Shown one piece after another: positions 49,707 to 61,336 of a stretch of 64,000 nucleotides of DNA (its first letter is position 1; each line of letters opens with the position of its first letter). The position numbers and the translations under genes were made by a program. The stretch is from Massalongia carnosa (taxonomy: Eukaryota): assembly GCA_965645245.1 (NCBI GenBank), contig OZ287070.1, forward strand, positions 1,364,001-1,428,000. Direction: 5' to 3'. The notes below the pieces were generated by a model. It was given only the letters and a program-made list of their open reading frames with translations. It made no database searches and was not told the origin of the DNA.

Positions 49707-51898
49707 CGAAGAAATCGACGTACTCCGCGCTGCAGCCGGACTCCCCGCCTGGCCCTGTCGATGAGGCTTTGCCTTTAACCTCGCAAGTGGGGGTCGACTT
49801 GGTAACACCGCTGCGTCTAGGACGTCCCACGAGGGGTCGTCGGCAGTTAGGTATAGATGACGCTGGCGCGGCTGGGACGGTCCATACGCGCAAGAAGCCG
49901 CGAGTCTGGTCCTAAGGGACAGTCGAAGAAGTCCAATGCTGCGGCATTGGCAGTGAGTATGTAAGTCGGTGCCTAATGGCCGGAAGGGGCTGCATACTCA
50001 CAAGGGGACCGTCGGCGCAGTGGATCATTCGGCTAGGCCGTACCTGTCATGACAGCGATGCCTTTTTGCCTCTGTCCCAAAGGGTCAGAGGGTTTTTATG
50101 GAGTTGTCTAGGTACGCACCCTAGGTCGTCATGAGGCTATCTTTTGCAGTGCATGTCTCGGATGGGACTCGACCATAGGAGGGAGGCAGTTGTAATAGGG
50201 TAGGCCTAGTATGCGTTCGTTGAACGTAAGACTGGCCTATGTGGCTATGTGGGATACGTACAGCCAAAACAACCACCAAGACAATAAGGTCCCGCCTAAC
50301 CCAGTTAGGCATAGTGTGGGGACTTAACTTATTATGGAGGTGTTTTCGTAGTACACGAAGTATCCCCTCGCCTCGCCTCACCTCCCCTAGCTCACCTGCC
50401 TAGTCTTATCTACCCGTGTCTTTCGGTGTCCGAAGTATTTCGGAGTCCGAGAATACCAGATTGTATAGGCAAGGTATCGAAGAAGAGCTTAGGTTATGGA
50501 TTGTCCTATCCTATATAGATCAATGATCAAGCACTTTAAAAGGGTAGCATTAAGTCTACCCTTTGACCCGACCCAACCTATTTGTACATCTATTGTGACC
50601 ATCACGTTGTGTAGCCCCTGTGGATCCCATCTTCCAGTAGTGAATGCCTGCTGGGAGAAGGTCTCCCCGTTTCAACAATACTTAGTCCGCAGACCAAGCT
50701 CTATTCTACTATAACTGGGACTCCTGCTATGTTCGCTGTAGGTCCTGCCGTCCGCACCACGCTTAGTCGAACCGTTATACTACCGCCCTTCTAGCTGCGG
50801 CTAGCCCCTATCCGCTTCCAGTTTAGTTAGCCCCGAAGAATAGGCTCTTCTGAGCGTACGGCCCTCGCCGATCCGACTTAGATAGTTTTTATCGAACGCT
50901 TTCCCGTTTCGTCCTAGCCTAGCTTCAGTCCGTCGAAGCAAGGCAAAAAAGCGAGGAACTCAGGTCAGGAATCGAACTCACGACTAGTACACCGATTGAC
51001 GACTAAGTATTCTGTGACGAAGCGAGATAGTGAATAGATTTCTACTATTGCGCCACCTGTCCTTCCCGACTAAAAGGCACAATACTTAGTCCGCAGACCA
51101 AGCTCTATTCTACTATAACTGGGACTCCTCCTATGTTCGCTGCCGTCCGCACCACGCTTGGTCGAACCGTTATACTGAGGTAGCCGACTACTATTCGTCT
51201 TCCCTGAATAGTGGTATTTATATTGTCATCGCTTGTCCGTTGAGTCATACTCTCCCGACTCGTTCTGTGCTCGCAGATGCGGATATCAGAGTAGTCATGT
51301 CCGCGATAGCGTATTAGGCTAGCAGGTGGCACTAGACCTAACTGAGCTCTCGTAACGGTATGCCGAAGGGGGATCGTAACAATTTCGGTCTTTTAAAAGC
51401 AGACCAAATGATGAAAACTGTAAAAGTTTTGTCTCGTATTTGATGAGGTCTTGATAAAATCGAGTTAATGAATACTCGATGTTGAATTCTGCAAGAACAT
51501 TTTGAATAGTCCTATTATATCAATGCTTATAGAATTGAAATACGTTTACATCTGTTGAATGTTCAACTTCTACCAGCACAACAGATTCGATTCGATTCGA
51601 TCAGATCCAGTCTAACCGTATCGGTTACTTAAGACCTTTAGCGGTATGGCGGTATCTTAAGTAACCTAGGCTCGGATAAAGTATTATTACTTCGCTTAGT
51701 AGAGGGTGACCACTTAAAAGGAGAAGACTGCTTCATAGCAACTCTTTATCTTATACATCAGGGTTATACACATTGTAATTTATTATATAGCCATATAGTC
51801 ATAATCATATACCTATTTTAACAACATTAAGAAATTGCATATTATGAATCGGATATGATATCAAAAGAAAAGAACAAGTATTATTTTTATTGACAAGT

Positions 51899-52745
51899 TG
51901 TAAGGGGTCAAGTCTAACAGCGTGACTACTATATAGATTCGTGATGAATATACGAATAGAATAGTAAATCAATAAATTGATCAGTAACCCCTCGAAAGAA
52001 GTGAGCGATTAGGTCTTTATCCTATAGCCCTACTTCTTCGGGTCGCGAGTCCGTTGATTTAATTACAGTGATTATGATTGGTACTGTTGAACAAAAAACC
52101 AACCAGGCATACGGCAGCGGGATGCAGGAGAAGAGGGTCTAGAACTATCAAGGATATGCAAAGAGAAGTGTATGGCAAACGTGATGCAGGTACTCCGTAT
52201 TTCCAGTGAAGATACTCCAAATTTAGCTATCTGCTGAACTGAATTCTGAACGACTGAATAGCTAAATTACATGAGAAATCACCGTCTCTTTATACTGCTT
52301 GAGGGCCTCCATCTCGGCCTATATAAAATACATGAACCTGCTTCCTTTGAACCTTTTCAGCTGGGCAAAATACACCTCATTGCTGACCGGAGACACCGAG
52401 ACACTCAGTGATCATGAACAGCTGAATTGCCTCCGAAATGTAGCATTCTTGCTGCATACCTTTGCCTCCTCGTAGTTGCCGAAATCGTGCCGATATCTGA
52501 AGCTTTTGGCATATAGCATATGATTGCCTAATCTGGAAATTAGTAAGCAGGAGGCAAAAGAACCTCGGTCGCAAATATTCAGGTATCTCGGCAAATTCCA
52601 ATAGGTATAATGAAAAGAATAATACGAACACGAGCCGTGTCCTAGTCGGAGATCGGAGATCGGTTATAACTACCGATTCGCTTATGTCAGGACGTGCGTG
52701 ACCTGACATTACCCTCCGTCTAGGGCTCATGTCCTCAGGAGCCGG
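51899..52745 (-). mobile_element. Gypsy-type 3' LTR (51899-52708) with PPT remnant, split by a solo LTR
   Basis: Homologous to 41730-42017; gacggagggtaa precedes TG on the minus strand. Confidence 0.8.
52085..52603. mobile_element. Solo LTR (519 bp)
   Basis: TGTTG...CAATA, TSD GGTAC/GGTAT. Confidence 0.85.
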
Positions 52746-52746
52746 T

Positions 52747-53080
52747 TGTAGAAGTTCTGTATAACTTCATGTCGCAAGTGGTGTCAGGACAGCTTCCTAC
52801 AAGATATGAAGCGGTCGCATCCTTCTACAGGGGATGCGCGGGAAGACACCCATACGATAGTCTCAACCGGTCCAATCATGTAATAGTAATTAGTTTGACG
52901 AACGTGGCCTGATCAAGGTGGGGCTATAGGATAAAGAGCCCTTCGCCTACCTCTTTCGGATGGCCACTGATCAATCTATTGATTACACTCCACCTACTGC
53001 TATTCCATAGCGACTCCTATTCTATTGTCCTACCACTACTGTAGAGCCATATAGTCACACTGTTCGTACTTCGCCTCACA
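52747..53080 (+). mobile_element. Possible LTR related to the 41730 family
   Basis: 3' half shares gtggggctataggataaaga...atagtcacactgtt; TG...CA ends but no TSD. Confidence 0.45.
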
Positions 53081-53105
53081 AGTGGTTCCGGGTACTGCCC
53101 GAGTA

Positions 53106-54451
53106 CGAGGTTAGCGCGAAAAGTATTGACGGGTTTTCACTTATTTTGCATTTTTCCCCTCATCTTCTCCATATCATCATCATGAATCACCCCTCCCATC
53201 AGCCCAATTCCGAATGGGAAACTCCTACACGTCAGTAAGTACTAGATCTATATCATGATAGTCATATGCCAGCTGCTCAAATATTTAGAGCAACTAGTGT
53301 ACCTACACAACTGTGCGAAGATGGATCAAATCTGGAGAGCCTCGGCACGATGCACATCCTCGCTCGGGACGACCTGTCAAACTCAACCCCAGAGACGTGC
53401 GACATCTTGTACGTGCAGTGACGAGTTCTAAAGATGGTAGACAAGTATCCTATATGAAGATAGCCAAAGATCTTGGAATTCAAGCTTCAATGTCGACTAT
53501 TCGAAAGGCGCTTCGAAAAGCAGGCTTTCGTCGCTTTGTGGCCTGTCCCAAGCCCCTGGTTTCCTGGATCAATCGTCGCAAACGTCTCAAATGGGCACGA
53601 GAGCATCTGTCTTGGCAAGAAGAATACTGGTTACGTATTATTTTTACCGATGAGAGCACGTTAGAAACGGGACAGAGAGCTCATCAGTTCGTTACCCGAA
53701 GGTCAGGGGAAAAGAACTGTCCTGATTGTCTGAATAGTTTTAAGCACTCGGGTCGACAGTCAGCCATGGTTTGGGGAGGCATATGTGGACAGCAGGCCAG
53801 CAAATTGGTGGAGTTTAAGAAGACTTTGAAGAAGATGAAGAGGGGAAAAAAAAAGACATCTTGAAGGACTCGATCACCACCACTGATTACATCAATCAGA
53901 TCTTGGAACCATGCCTTTTTCCTTGGTACGAAGCTCTCAAACCACAAGGCCACCGTCCCATCTTTATGCAAGACAATGCGAGCATTCACGATTCCAAAGA
54001 GGCTCGTTTGTGGCTACGACAACATCAGATAGAGGTCATGACCTGGCCCCCTTCGAGTCCTGATCTCAACCCCATCGAGTACATGTGGAGGGGCTGCAAG
54101 CAGAAGATCAAACGATATCCTCGTTTAGTCACGAATGCAAAAGACATATTCATAGCAGGAACGAACGGATAGAACGGGTTGGTGGTGGAAAATAAGCATC
54201 TGAAATGGATCAACACGATGCGAGATCGTTGTCGGGCTGTGATTAAAAATCATGATTTTTCCACCAAATATTGAGTGTAAAACATGCTTCAAATTTTCAG
54301 ATCAACTACTTCATATATACATCTGACTTCGACATCAATTGTAGAAATCATCGTGTTGAATTGAAGGTTTAGTATTTTTGATTGTGGAGGTGATTGGAAG
54401 ATCAGTTTTGATTTTCTCGCTTAATCCGTCAATACTTTTCACCCGAACCTA
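53106..54451 (+). mobile_element. Tc1-like transposon 1 (DD34E); transposase ~53182-54274 disrupted
   Basis: TIR core GAAAAGTATTGACGG; FTDES, QDNA, WPPSSPDLNPIE; last TIR bases displaced to 62531-62533. Confidence 0.9.
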
Positions 54452-55126
54452 GCACGCGGGGGACAAAAAAAAAACTACACCAAAATTTAACCGGGTTCAA
54501 CCCCCCACCAAAACACAAGCAATTTCCATACAATTTTGATGGGATAATGTGAGAGTGACTCTGGACTAGGAGTAGTGTAGTGGGTTAAGAGTAGAACAAT
54601 TTAGTACGGAGTAGTTAAATTGTAAGATGATCTATCTAGGTGGGCCTAACACCATATTATATAGATTAGTGGGAATAGTCGAGGTCGAGTTTCTTCAGTA
54701 CTCTGCCAACTATGCCAACTAAGGGCGGACGTTCCTCCGTGGGCTCAGACCTTCTGTCCCGTCCCATTAGTCATCGCTTGACCTGACTATAGTATGACTG
54801 TGTTCAGCACCGCTGAGTCATCAGGCTTAGTAATAATCAGCCTTATACGGCGGCGCTGTAACAATAGGCCTCCCCTTAGGGCTACTGTCCTCAGGAGCCG
54901 CATTATCGCGAGTTGGGAATAACCTCACTCTTAGAAGACTAAAATCCTAACTCTCGTAACAACTCCGCTTTTTTTGAGCCGGACTGTGCGCCATTTCGCG
55001 CCAGACGTACAAGTGTTGTTACCCCGCTTCCCCGTAGAATCTTCTTCCAAGTAACATCAACAATCTTACTTTCCATCATTGCTCGCTTTAAGCTGGATTG
55101 ATTGTGACCTGAAGTGAGTCTGCATC

Positions 55127-58100
55127 TTAGTTGAGTCGTCGTCGTTTCTTGGGTGGCCCACCACTTGGTGGTTTATTTGGATACCTCTCATGAAACGACG
55201 AGGTCAATTCTCTTGCTCCCTCCATTTCCCCGGCCGGTAGCCACTGGTTATCCGTATCTGGGTAACCCAACCACTTTACTAAGTATTGTATTTTCCCATA
55301 ATAGAAGCGGCTGTCTAGTACATCTTCTATTTCCCATTGTTCTTCGCCGTCAACTTCCATTGGCGGCGGCTGAGGCTCTTCTCTATCGGCGGATACCTTA
55401 TAAGGTTCCAATAGAGACACATGAAAAACATCATGTATGCCTTTCGCTGTGGTGGGAAGCCGGAGCCTGTACGCCTGCTTACCTATGGGTTCTATGATTT
55501 CACAAGGTCCAAAGAATTTGAAGTCCAACTTCTTGGAAGGTCTAATGGTGCGGATGTTCTTTCCATTCAACCATACCTTTTCTCCTTTGTTGAAGTTGTG
55601 AGGGACATGTTTTTTGTCATAATTCTTGGCTTGTTTCTCCATGATGGATTTCCATCTTGCTTCGAGCATGCGTCTCATCTCTGTGAGTCCCTCTGCCCGC
55701 ACCCTGGCCGCCGGGATGTCTGTATTTACGTCCTTGATTTCTTCTTCCCATCTGGGATGACGGCCATAGGCGGCGAAGAATGGACTCACCCCGGTAGTCG
55801 TGTGAACGCTATTATTGTAAGCAAATGCAGCAACAATTAACCATTGTGCCCAGTCATCTTGCTGATAATTGACAAAGGTACGAAGATATTGTTCCAAGGT
55901 CTGATTTTGTCTTTCTGTCTGCCCGTCAGTTTGCGGGTGAAACGCGCTGCTGTAGCGGCACAGTATCGACAGGTGTGCGCAAAAAGTTTCCCAGAAATGA
56001 GAGGTAAACAGACTGCCTCTGTCAGTGACCCAATTCTCAGGCATTCCATGCTGACCATAGACTAGGTCAAACACAGCATCGGCCATTATTTCGGCTGACC
56101 AGTCCATTCTTGAGGGAATATAAATGGCGAACTTTGTATAACGATCGACGGCCACAAGTATCGAGTCTGATACGAGGCCTCTCCGCATGCTGGGCGGAAG
56201 ATCGGTGATAAAGTCCATTGTCATATCACTGAATGGGGCTCTAGGAAGGGGAAGGGAAGATAATTGTCCCCAGGGCTTGTGCCTTACGGCTTTTGCCCGA
56301 TGACATTTTGCGCACGTCTCGACATAATGCTTTACGTCTTTGTACATACCTGGCCAATAATACTTTCTTCTTATCAAGTCAAGAGTTCTATCGAATCCGA
56401 AATGGCCCGCAAAGGGATCGTCATGATTACGTTCAAGTAAGCGTCTTCTCAAAAGACCAGCAGGAACATACCATTTCTCATTATAACATAAGAGTTCTCC
56501 ATCCATATGCCACTTTCTTTTGGTCATGGAGTTAACATATTTTTGCCTAGCCGTCTCTGCACCTTCGGGTTGCCTGAGCTGGGCCGGCGGTGTGTCGCTT
56601 TGCACAGAGTCTCTTCTTACCAGTCTATCGTCCGTACTCTCTCTGTCCTCACGCTCCCACAACTCCGACTGTGCGGTGAGGGGCCGTTTTTCCTGCACAA
56701 GGTGATCAGCCTCCTGTAAGATTTGTAAAACGGTGCGCAATTCTAAAGAGGGCACAGCATAGGCCGTTTCATACTGAGTTACTTCTTTCACAGTATCTTT
56801 TGACGCCAGGGTCTGCGGTCCTGCAACGTCCGCGAGCTGGAACGACCACGCTTCCTCAGCGGGCTCGCGAAGATCAGTCAGGGTAGTGGAATTTTCTCCC
56901 TTAAGACTGGAATCTCTTCTCGTTGTGAGTTCGGAAGGACTCCGTGTAGTGCCCGCAGAAGGCACAGAAGATCCTTCCTTCGGAACTAACGAGGCAAATG
57001 CGCTTCGGGATATATCCCACGGTGTTTGAGCACCGTTCCTAAGCAGTTCCTCCGATACGATGCCGGGCTTAGGATGGGGCCTGCTTGTTGCGGTCAGCAA
57101 GGCTCCTCCCCCTGTATTAAGGGATGGAATAATTATTGTTTGACTGCTTCCTGACAGCGTGGCCAGAAGCGTCTCTGCCTCACCGAGAGGGGCGTAGTCG
57201 CTCCGTCGGGAGGGCGCATCCGCAGGATTAAGTTTCCCCGGGCGGTATATTATTTGAAGATCTAGGCCGGAGAGTCTCTCCCACCACCTAGCCTCTCTTC
57301 TATTGAGATTTTTGCTAGTAAGAAAAGTTCTCAAGTTTGCATGGTCGGTAATGACTTCAATAGGATGAGCCGCGCCTTCTACGTAGTGTCTCCACTGCCG
57401 GCACGCTCCTACGATGGCCAGCATTTCGGCTTCGCCGATGCCATAATTTCTCTCAGGATCAGTCATTTTCCTGGACCAGTATGCAATAGGATGCCATTGT
57501 CCTGTCTCTGGATTTAATTGAGTAATGATCGCAGAGACAGCAAATCCCGATGCGTCCGTTTCAATCCTTATCTTCAGACTGGGATCGAAATGACGAAGCA
57601 TGGGTGCCGTCATAAACGCGGCCTTTAGACGGTGAAAGGCCTTTCGACCCTCTTCTGTTAGGATAAATTTGGTTGTAAATTTTCCTTTCGTACTTCCTTT
57701 CAACAGATCGGATAGTGCGGATACTATGCGGGCAAACGCCTCAATGAATCTGCGATAGAAATTGGCAAAGCCTAAAAAGACCTGCACGTCTCTATGTGTT
57801 CCCGGTTCAGGCCAGCTCCGAATAGTCTCGACGCGGCTGGGGTCCATAGAAATTCCATCCGCGCCTACTAAGAACCCAAGGAACAGGGTTTCTAACACAT
57901 GAAACTCGCACTTTGATAACTTCGCGAAGAGTTTGAACTTCCGCAGCCTCCCGAGTACTTTTCGTACGTGTTCCACATGTTCATCGAACGTCTCCGAGAA
58001 GATGAGAATATCATCTAGGAATGCAATTGCGAACAGATCAAGAAACTCGCGCAGCGTGTTATTAATATATGCTTGAAATGTCGCTGGGGCATTTGCTAGT

Positions 58101-59545
58101 CCGAATGGCATGACCTTATATTCGAAGTGTCCATAACGGGTTCTAAACGCCGTCTTCCATTCGTCACCTGCCCGGATGCGTATCAGATTGTATGCGGCAC
58201 GCAGGTCTATCTTTGTAAAGAACTTTGCTCCCACCAGTCGATCTAATACTTCTGCGATTAAAGGCAGAGGATGTCGATTCTTAATGGTGATGGAGTTTAG
58301 TCCTCGATAGTCTACGCATAAACGCAACTCTCCATCGCTCTTCTTTACAAAGAGTATGGGTGCTCCCGCTGGAGACACGGATGGGGTGATGAAGCCTTTC
58401 GCGAGGTGCTCGTCTATGTACTTTCTCAAGACCTCTAATTCTACAATGGAAAGAGGATAGATAGGCCCGTACGGGGGTTGACTACCTTCCGTTTCTATTG
58501 CATGATCATGAGATGCATGAGCGGGAAGCTTGTTTGCTTTCTCTTCAGAAAAGACATCGAGGAAGTCTTGATACTCCTCAGGAAGAATGACTTCAACGGT
58601 CGCACCGAGTACGGGACTATCACGGGTCACATCCGTTACTTCGATGGCAAAGAGATAAGCACCAACTTCTGTGATACATTCATCAAACTCCTCTGCACTA
58701 AGTAATGCTATGTTTATAGATACGGGTTCGTCACGCGCATTATACGGTTCTTTCCTAGTAGAAGAACTCATCAAGATATCTTCCGAAGTAAGACTTCTCT
58801 TGGTCTCATGTACATTATTCGGGTTCACGAAAGAAGACTCCGATGACAACTGTACATTCTTTGCAACGATCGATGTCGCTGACCTCTTCTCTGGACTCAC
58901 AGAGCGTCCGACTGAACTTCTACGGCTCCTAAGCGGAGCAGGTATGGGCAGTTGCTTTCTTCTTTTTGCCAAGGCTCTTTGCCTCACGAGCTTGTACCGC
59001 CCTTTAGGTAGCGTGGGTCCATTCATTAAATGACTTCCAGGTACCGGTGGCAACTCCGTGGCTTTATGAACCTGTATTTTTTGCAACGGTGAAAGTGGGA
59101 TCGGTGGTAACGCAGGCCCTAGCCGATACCACCACTTCCGCTGACCCCATGCTATCTCGGGATCTTCCCGTATTAGCCATGGTAGGCCCAGAATAACATC
59201 GAATCCAGCGAAGTCTGCTGCGATGAAGTCCGCCTTGGTAACACGCTCATTCTCTATCGAGTCCACAACTTTGGCGTACAAAGTATGAAGCTGATAGGTC
59301 CTGAGCGCAGTACCGTCAATGGTCCGAACCCCATGCGGGAGATCAACGCCAGGCTCACAACCCAACCTCTTAATTAGGATCTGGGTGATAAAGTTCAAAG
59401 TTGCACCACAATCTATGAGACCTCTTACCGTCAACTTGAACTTACCGCATATCATAGTAACCGGCGTCACTATGTGGTTGACATTTTGCCCCCTAGCAGA
59501 ACGGGTCAATAGAAGGGTTGCGATGTCTACTGGCCCCTGCCGTTT
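55127..59545 (-). CDS. pol: Gypsy 2 Pol (PR-RT-RNaseH-IN-chromodomain), in the -1 frame relative to Gag
   Basis: LIDCGA, FLDD, TDAS, HHCC, chromodomain YLVKWLGY. Confidence 0.95.
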   Translation of the reverse strand, partial: KRQGPVDIATLLLTRSARGQNVNHIVTPVTMICGKFKLTVRGLIDCGATLNFITQILIKRLGCEPGVDLPHGVRTIDGTALRTYQLHTLYAKVVDSIENERVTKADFIAADFAGFDVILGLPWLIREDPEIAWGQRKWWYRLGPALPPIPLSPLQKIQVHKATELPPVPGSHLMNGPTLPKGRYKLVRQRALAKRRKQLPIPAPLRSRRSSVGRSVSPEKRSATSIVAKNVQLSSESSFVNPNNVHETKRSLTSEDILMSSSTRKEPYNARDEPVSINIALLSAEEFDECITEVGAYLFAIEVTDVTRDSPVLGATVEVILPEEYQDFLDVFSEEKANKLPAHASHDHAIETEGSQPPYGPIYPLSIVELEVLRKYIDEHLAKGFITPSVSPAGAPILFVKKSDGELRLCVDYRGLNSITIKNRHPLPLIAEVLDRLVGAKFFTKIDLRAAYNLIRIRAGDEWKTAFRTRYGHFEYKVMPFGLANAPATFQAYINNTLREFLDLFAIAFLDDILIFSETFDEHVEHVRKVLGRLRKFKLFAKLSKCEFHVLETLFLGFLVGADGISMDPSRVETIRSWPEPGTHRDVQVFLGFANFYRRFIEAFARIVSALSDLLKGSTKGKFTTKFILTEEGRKAFHRLKAAFMTAPMLRHFDPSLKIRIETDASGFAVSAIITQLNPETGQWHPIAYWSRKMTDPERNYGIGEAEMLAIVGACRQWRHYVEGAAHPIEVITDHANLRTFLTSKNLNRREARWWERLSGLDLQIIYRPGKLNPADAPSRRSDYAPLGEAETLLATLSGSSQTIIIPSLNTGGGALLTATSRPHPKPGIVSEELLRNGAQTPWDISRSAFASLVPKEGSSVPSAGTTRSPSELTTRRDSSLKGENSTTLTDLREPAEEAWSFQLADVAGPQTLASKDTVKEVTQYETAYAVPSLELRTVLQILQEADHLVQEKRPLTAQSELWEREDRESTDDRLVRRDSVQSDTPPAQLRQPEGAETARQKYVNSMTKRKWHMDGELLCYNEKWYVPAGLLRRRLLERNHDDPFAGHFGFDRTLDLIRRKYYWPGMYKDVKHYVETCAKCHRAKAVRHKPWGQLSSLPLPRAPFSDMTMDFITDLPPSMRRGLVSDSILVAVDRYTKFAIYIPSRMDWSAEIMADAVFDLVYGQHGMPENWVTDRGSLFTSHFWETFCAHLSILCRYSSAFHPQTDGQTERQNQTLEQYLRTFVNYQQDDWAQWLIVAAFAYNNSVHTTTGVSPFFAAYGRHPRWEEEIKDVNTDIPAARVRAEGLTEMRRMLEARWKSIMEKQAKNYDKKHVPHNFNKGEKVWLNGKNIRTIRPSKKLDFKFFGPCEIIEPIGKQAYRLRLPTTAKGIHDVFHVSLLEPYKVSADREEPQPPPMEVDGEEQWEIEDVLDSRFYYGKIQYLVKWLGYPDTDNQWLPAGEMEGARELTSSFHERYPNKPPSGGPPKKRRRLN

Positions 59546-60891
59546 CCCTCCATCTTTGGATTATTGGGTTTGAGACAAGTCTTTGCCATGTGGCCGTAAT
59601 CGCCGCAGTTATAGCACTTGATGGTACTGTCGTTGTTACCATTGTTGCCACGGCGTTCCCGCTGACGGCCCGGATCTATCCTGTCACGATTGAAGGACCT
59701 CATAGGCTCCTTACCGTTTGATCCGTGTCGATTATACTTTCCTCCCTCGTTATATGTGCGATGGGAAGATACGGACCTCTTGCGACGCTGACCTTGATGG
59801 AAACCGTCCTTGTTCCTCTTGTCATGAGTAGGGGTTTGATGAAAGCCAGATCGGTAATCATTCCCCGAGTCCGATTTCCAGACGTTCCATCCAGATGTGG
59901 CATCGCTATCCCGTGTGGGTCGCGATGGTGCCTCTCTTCGGCCATTCGCCTTGGTACGGTTATAGTTGTTGTCAATGGCCTCGAGCTTCTGAGCTAAGGG
60001 TTCAAGGAGTTCCCGGGTGGTTACCGAAGAATTGTGCTTGATTATTTCTTCCCGGAGGGTAGGCTTCAGAGCTCCTAGGAGTGTGTTCATTCTCATGGAT
60101 GGCTCTTGTGGGGGTAGGATGTCTTCTATGCTCCTGATGTACGCGATCAGCTGGGCGACGGTTTGTCCTTCCCGTTGTCGCACTGAGCGGTACTTCAAGA
60201 ATCCGTCATGAATTCGGAGGTGTGGCGGCCATACATCGTCTCTCAACCATGTAACGTATGTTTCCCAGGTAATATTATCGAGACCTACCGCTTCCTCGTG
60301 GGTCTGCCACTTGATAACGACGTCTCCTCGCTTGAAGGCTTTGGCAAAAAGGATCTGTCCCTTGGCCGTATCATATGTGGCAGGCTTTTGCTGAAAAGCC
60401 TGGAGACACTGGGCTATAAAGATGACACATTTAGCATACGTATCAGCTGTGTACAGATCTACCTTGATGACGTTCAGCCGAGCCTCAACCTTTCGATTGT
60501 TCTCTAGCTTCTTCTCGAGTATCTCTTCACTGGACGGCAACCTGCTGCTGCGGCCCCGGTGAGACAACGTCATTGGACTGGTATCAGCGAGAGGAAAACC
60601 GTCCTGTTCTTCTTGCTCCATGATGGCAAGCTGTCGGCTAAGGTGAGCCTCAGCTTTCTTTGCCATGATGGTATCTATACGCGCTTGCATCTGCTCCTTG
60701 GTTAACGTTATCCCAGGAGAAGGAATGCTTAGGCTTGAGTCAGTTAAGCCCGACACGGTGCCGATGTCTGGCCCGATGTCCATCTGGCTGTCTACCACAA
60801 TCCCTATACTAGGATGTTGGGCCTCTGGCTCCAGTTCAGACTCCGAGGGTTGGACGCCTACGGAACGACTTCGGAGGGTGTAAGAGGTCAT
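59527..60891 (-). CDS. gag: Gypsy 2 Gag with CCHC knuckle
   Basis: CYNCGDYGHMAKTC; first ATG at 60891. Confidence 0.9.
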   Translation of the reverse strand: MTSYTLRSRSVGVQPSESELEPEAQHPSIGIVVDSQMDIGPDIGTVSGLTDSSLSIPSPGITLTKEQMQARIDTIMAKKAEAHLSRQLAIMEQEEQDGFPLADTSPMTLSHRGRSSRLPSSEEILEKKLENNRKVEARLNVIKVDLYTADTYAKCVIFIAQCLQAFQQKPATYDTAKGQILFAKAFKRGDVVIKWQTHEEAVGLDNITWETYVTWLRDDVWPPHLRIHDGFLKYRSVRQREGQTVAQLIAYIRSIEDILPPQEPSMRMNTLLGALKPTLREEIIKHNSSVTTRELLEPLAQKLEAIDNNYNRTKANGRREAPSRPTRDSDATSGWNVWKSDSGNDYRSGFHQTPTHDKRNKDGFHQGQRRKRSVSSHRTYNEGGKYNRHGSNGKEPMRSFNRDRIDPGRQRERRGNNGNNDSTIKCYNCGDYGHMAKTCLKPNNPKMEGNGRGQ

Positions 60892-61336
60892 AATAATAGA
60901 CGATAAATGTCGTTGAGAGGACAGGATAGGGTAGAGTTCCCACTGGACCACTCGTCGTAATGGATCTTACAATATGTGAGAGTGACTCTGGACTAGGAGT
61001 AGTGTAGTGGGTTAAGAGTAGAACAATTTAGTACGGAGTAGTTAAATTGTAAGATGATCTATCTAGGTGGGCCTAACACCATATTATATAGATTAGTGGG
61101 AATAGTCGAGGTCGAGTTTCTTCAGTACTCTGCCAACTATGCCAACTAAGGGCGGACGTTCCTCCGTGGGCTCAGACCTTCTGTCCCGTCCCATTAGTCA
61201 TCGCTTGACCTGACTATAGTATGACTGTGTTCAGCACCGCTGAGTCATCAGGCTTAGTAATAATCAGCCTTATACGGCGGCGCTGTAACAGATAATCACC
61301 ATTTCAACAACCAGTCATCCAATTCATTCAATCTAT

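Larger units (their letters stand above)
44021..50674 (+). mobile_element. Complete Ty3/Gypsy chromovirus 1
   Basis: 484-bp LTRs 44021-44504 and 50191-50674 (about 4 differences by eye), TSD ACAAT, PPT aggagggagg. Confidence 0.96.
43950..51174 (-). mobile_element. Second TRIM copy (43950-44020 plus 50675-51174), split by Gypsy 1
   Basis: Homologous to 40871-41441 with transition mutations. Confidence 0.88.
43779..51222 (+). mobile_element. Solo LTR of Gypsy family 3 (43779-43949 plus 51175-51222), split by a TRIM
   Basis: TSD TTGTC; matches reverse complement of 63195-63407. Confidence 0.85.
54548..61290 (-). mobile_element. Complete Ty3/Gypsy chromovirus 2
   Basis: 316-bp LTRs 54548-54863 and 60975-61290 appear identical; TSD GATAA; PPT aaggggagg. 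Confidence 0.96.

Noticed and set aside
51612..51670. 12-bp inverted repeat followed by CTAG (Helitron-like end)
   Set aside because: Spacing is atypical and no 5' end or second copy is visible
54570..54586. GAGTAGTGTAGTGGGT in the Gypsy 2 LTR resembling the yeast 5S rRNA C-box region
   Set aside because: Short match recalled from memory, with no correctly spaced A-box or further homology
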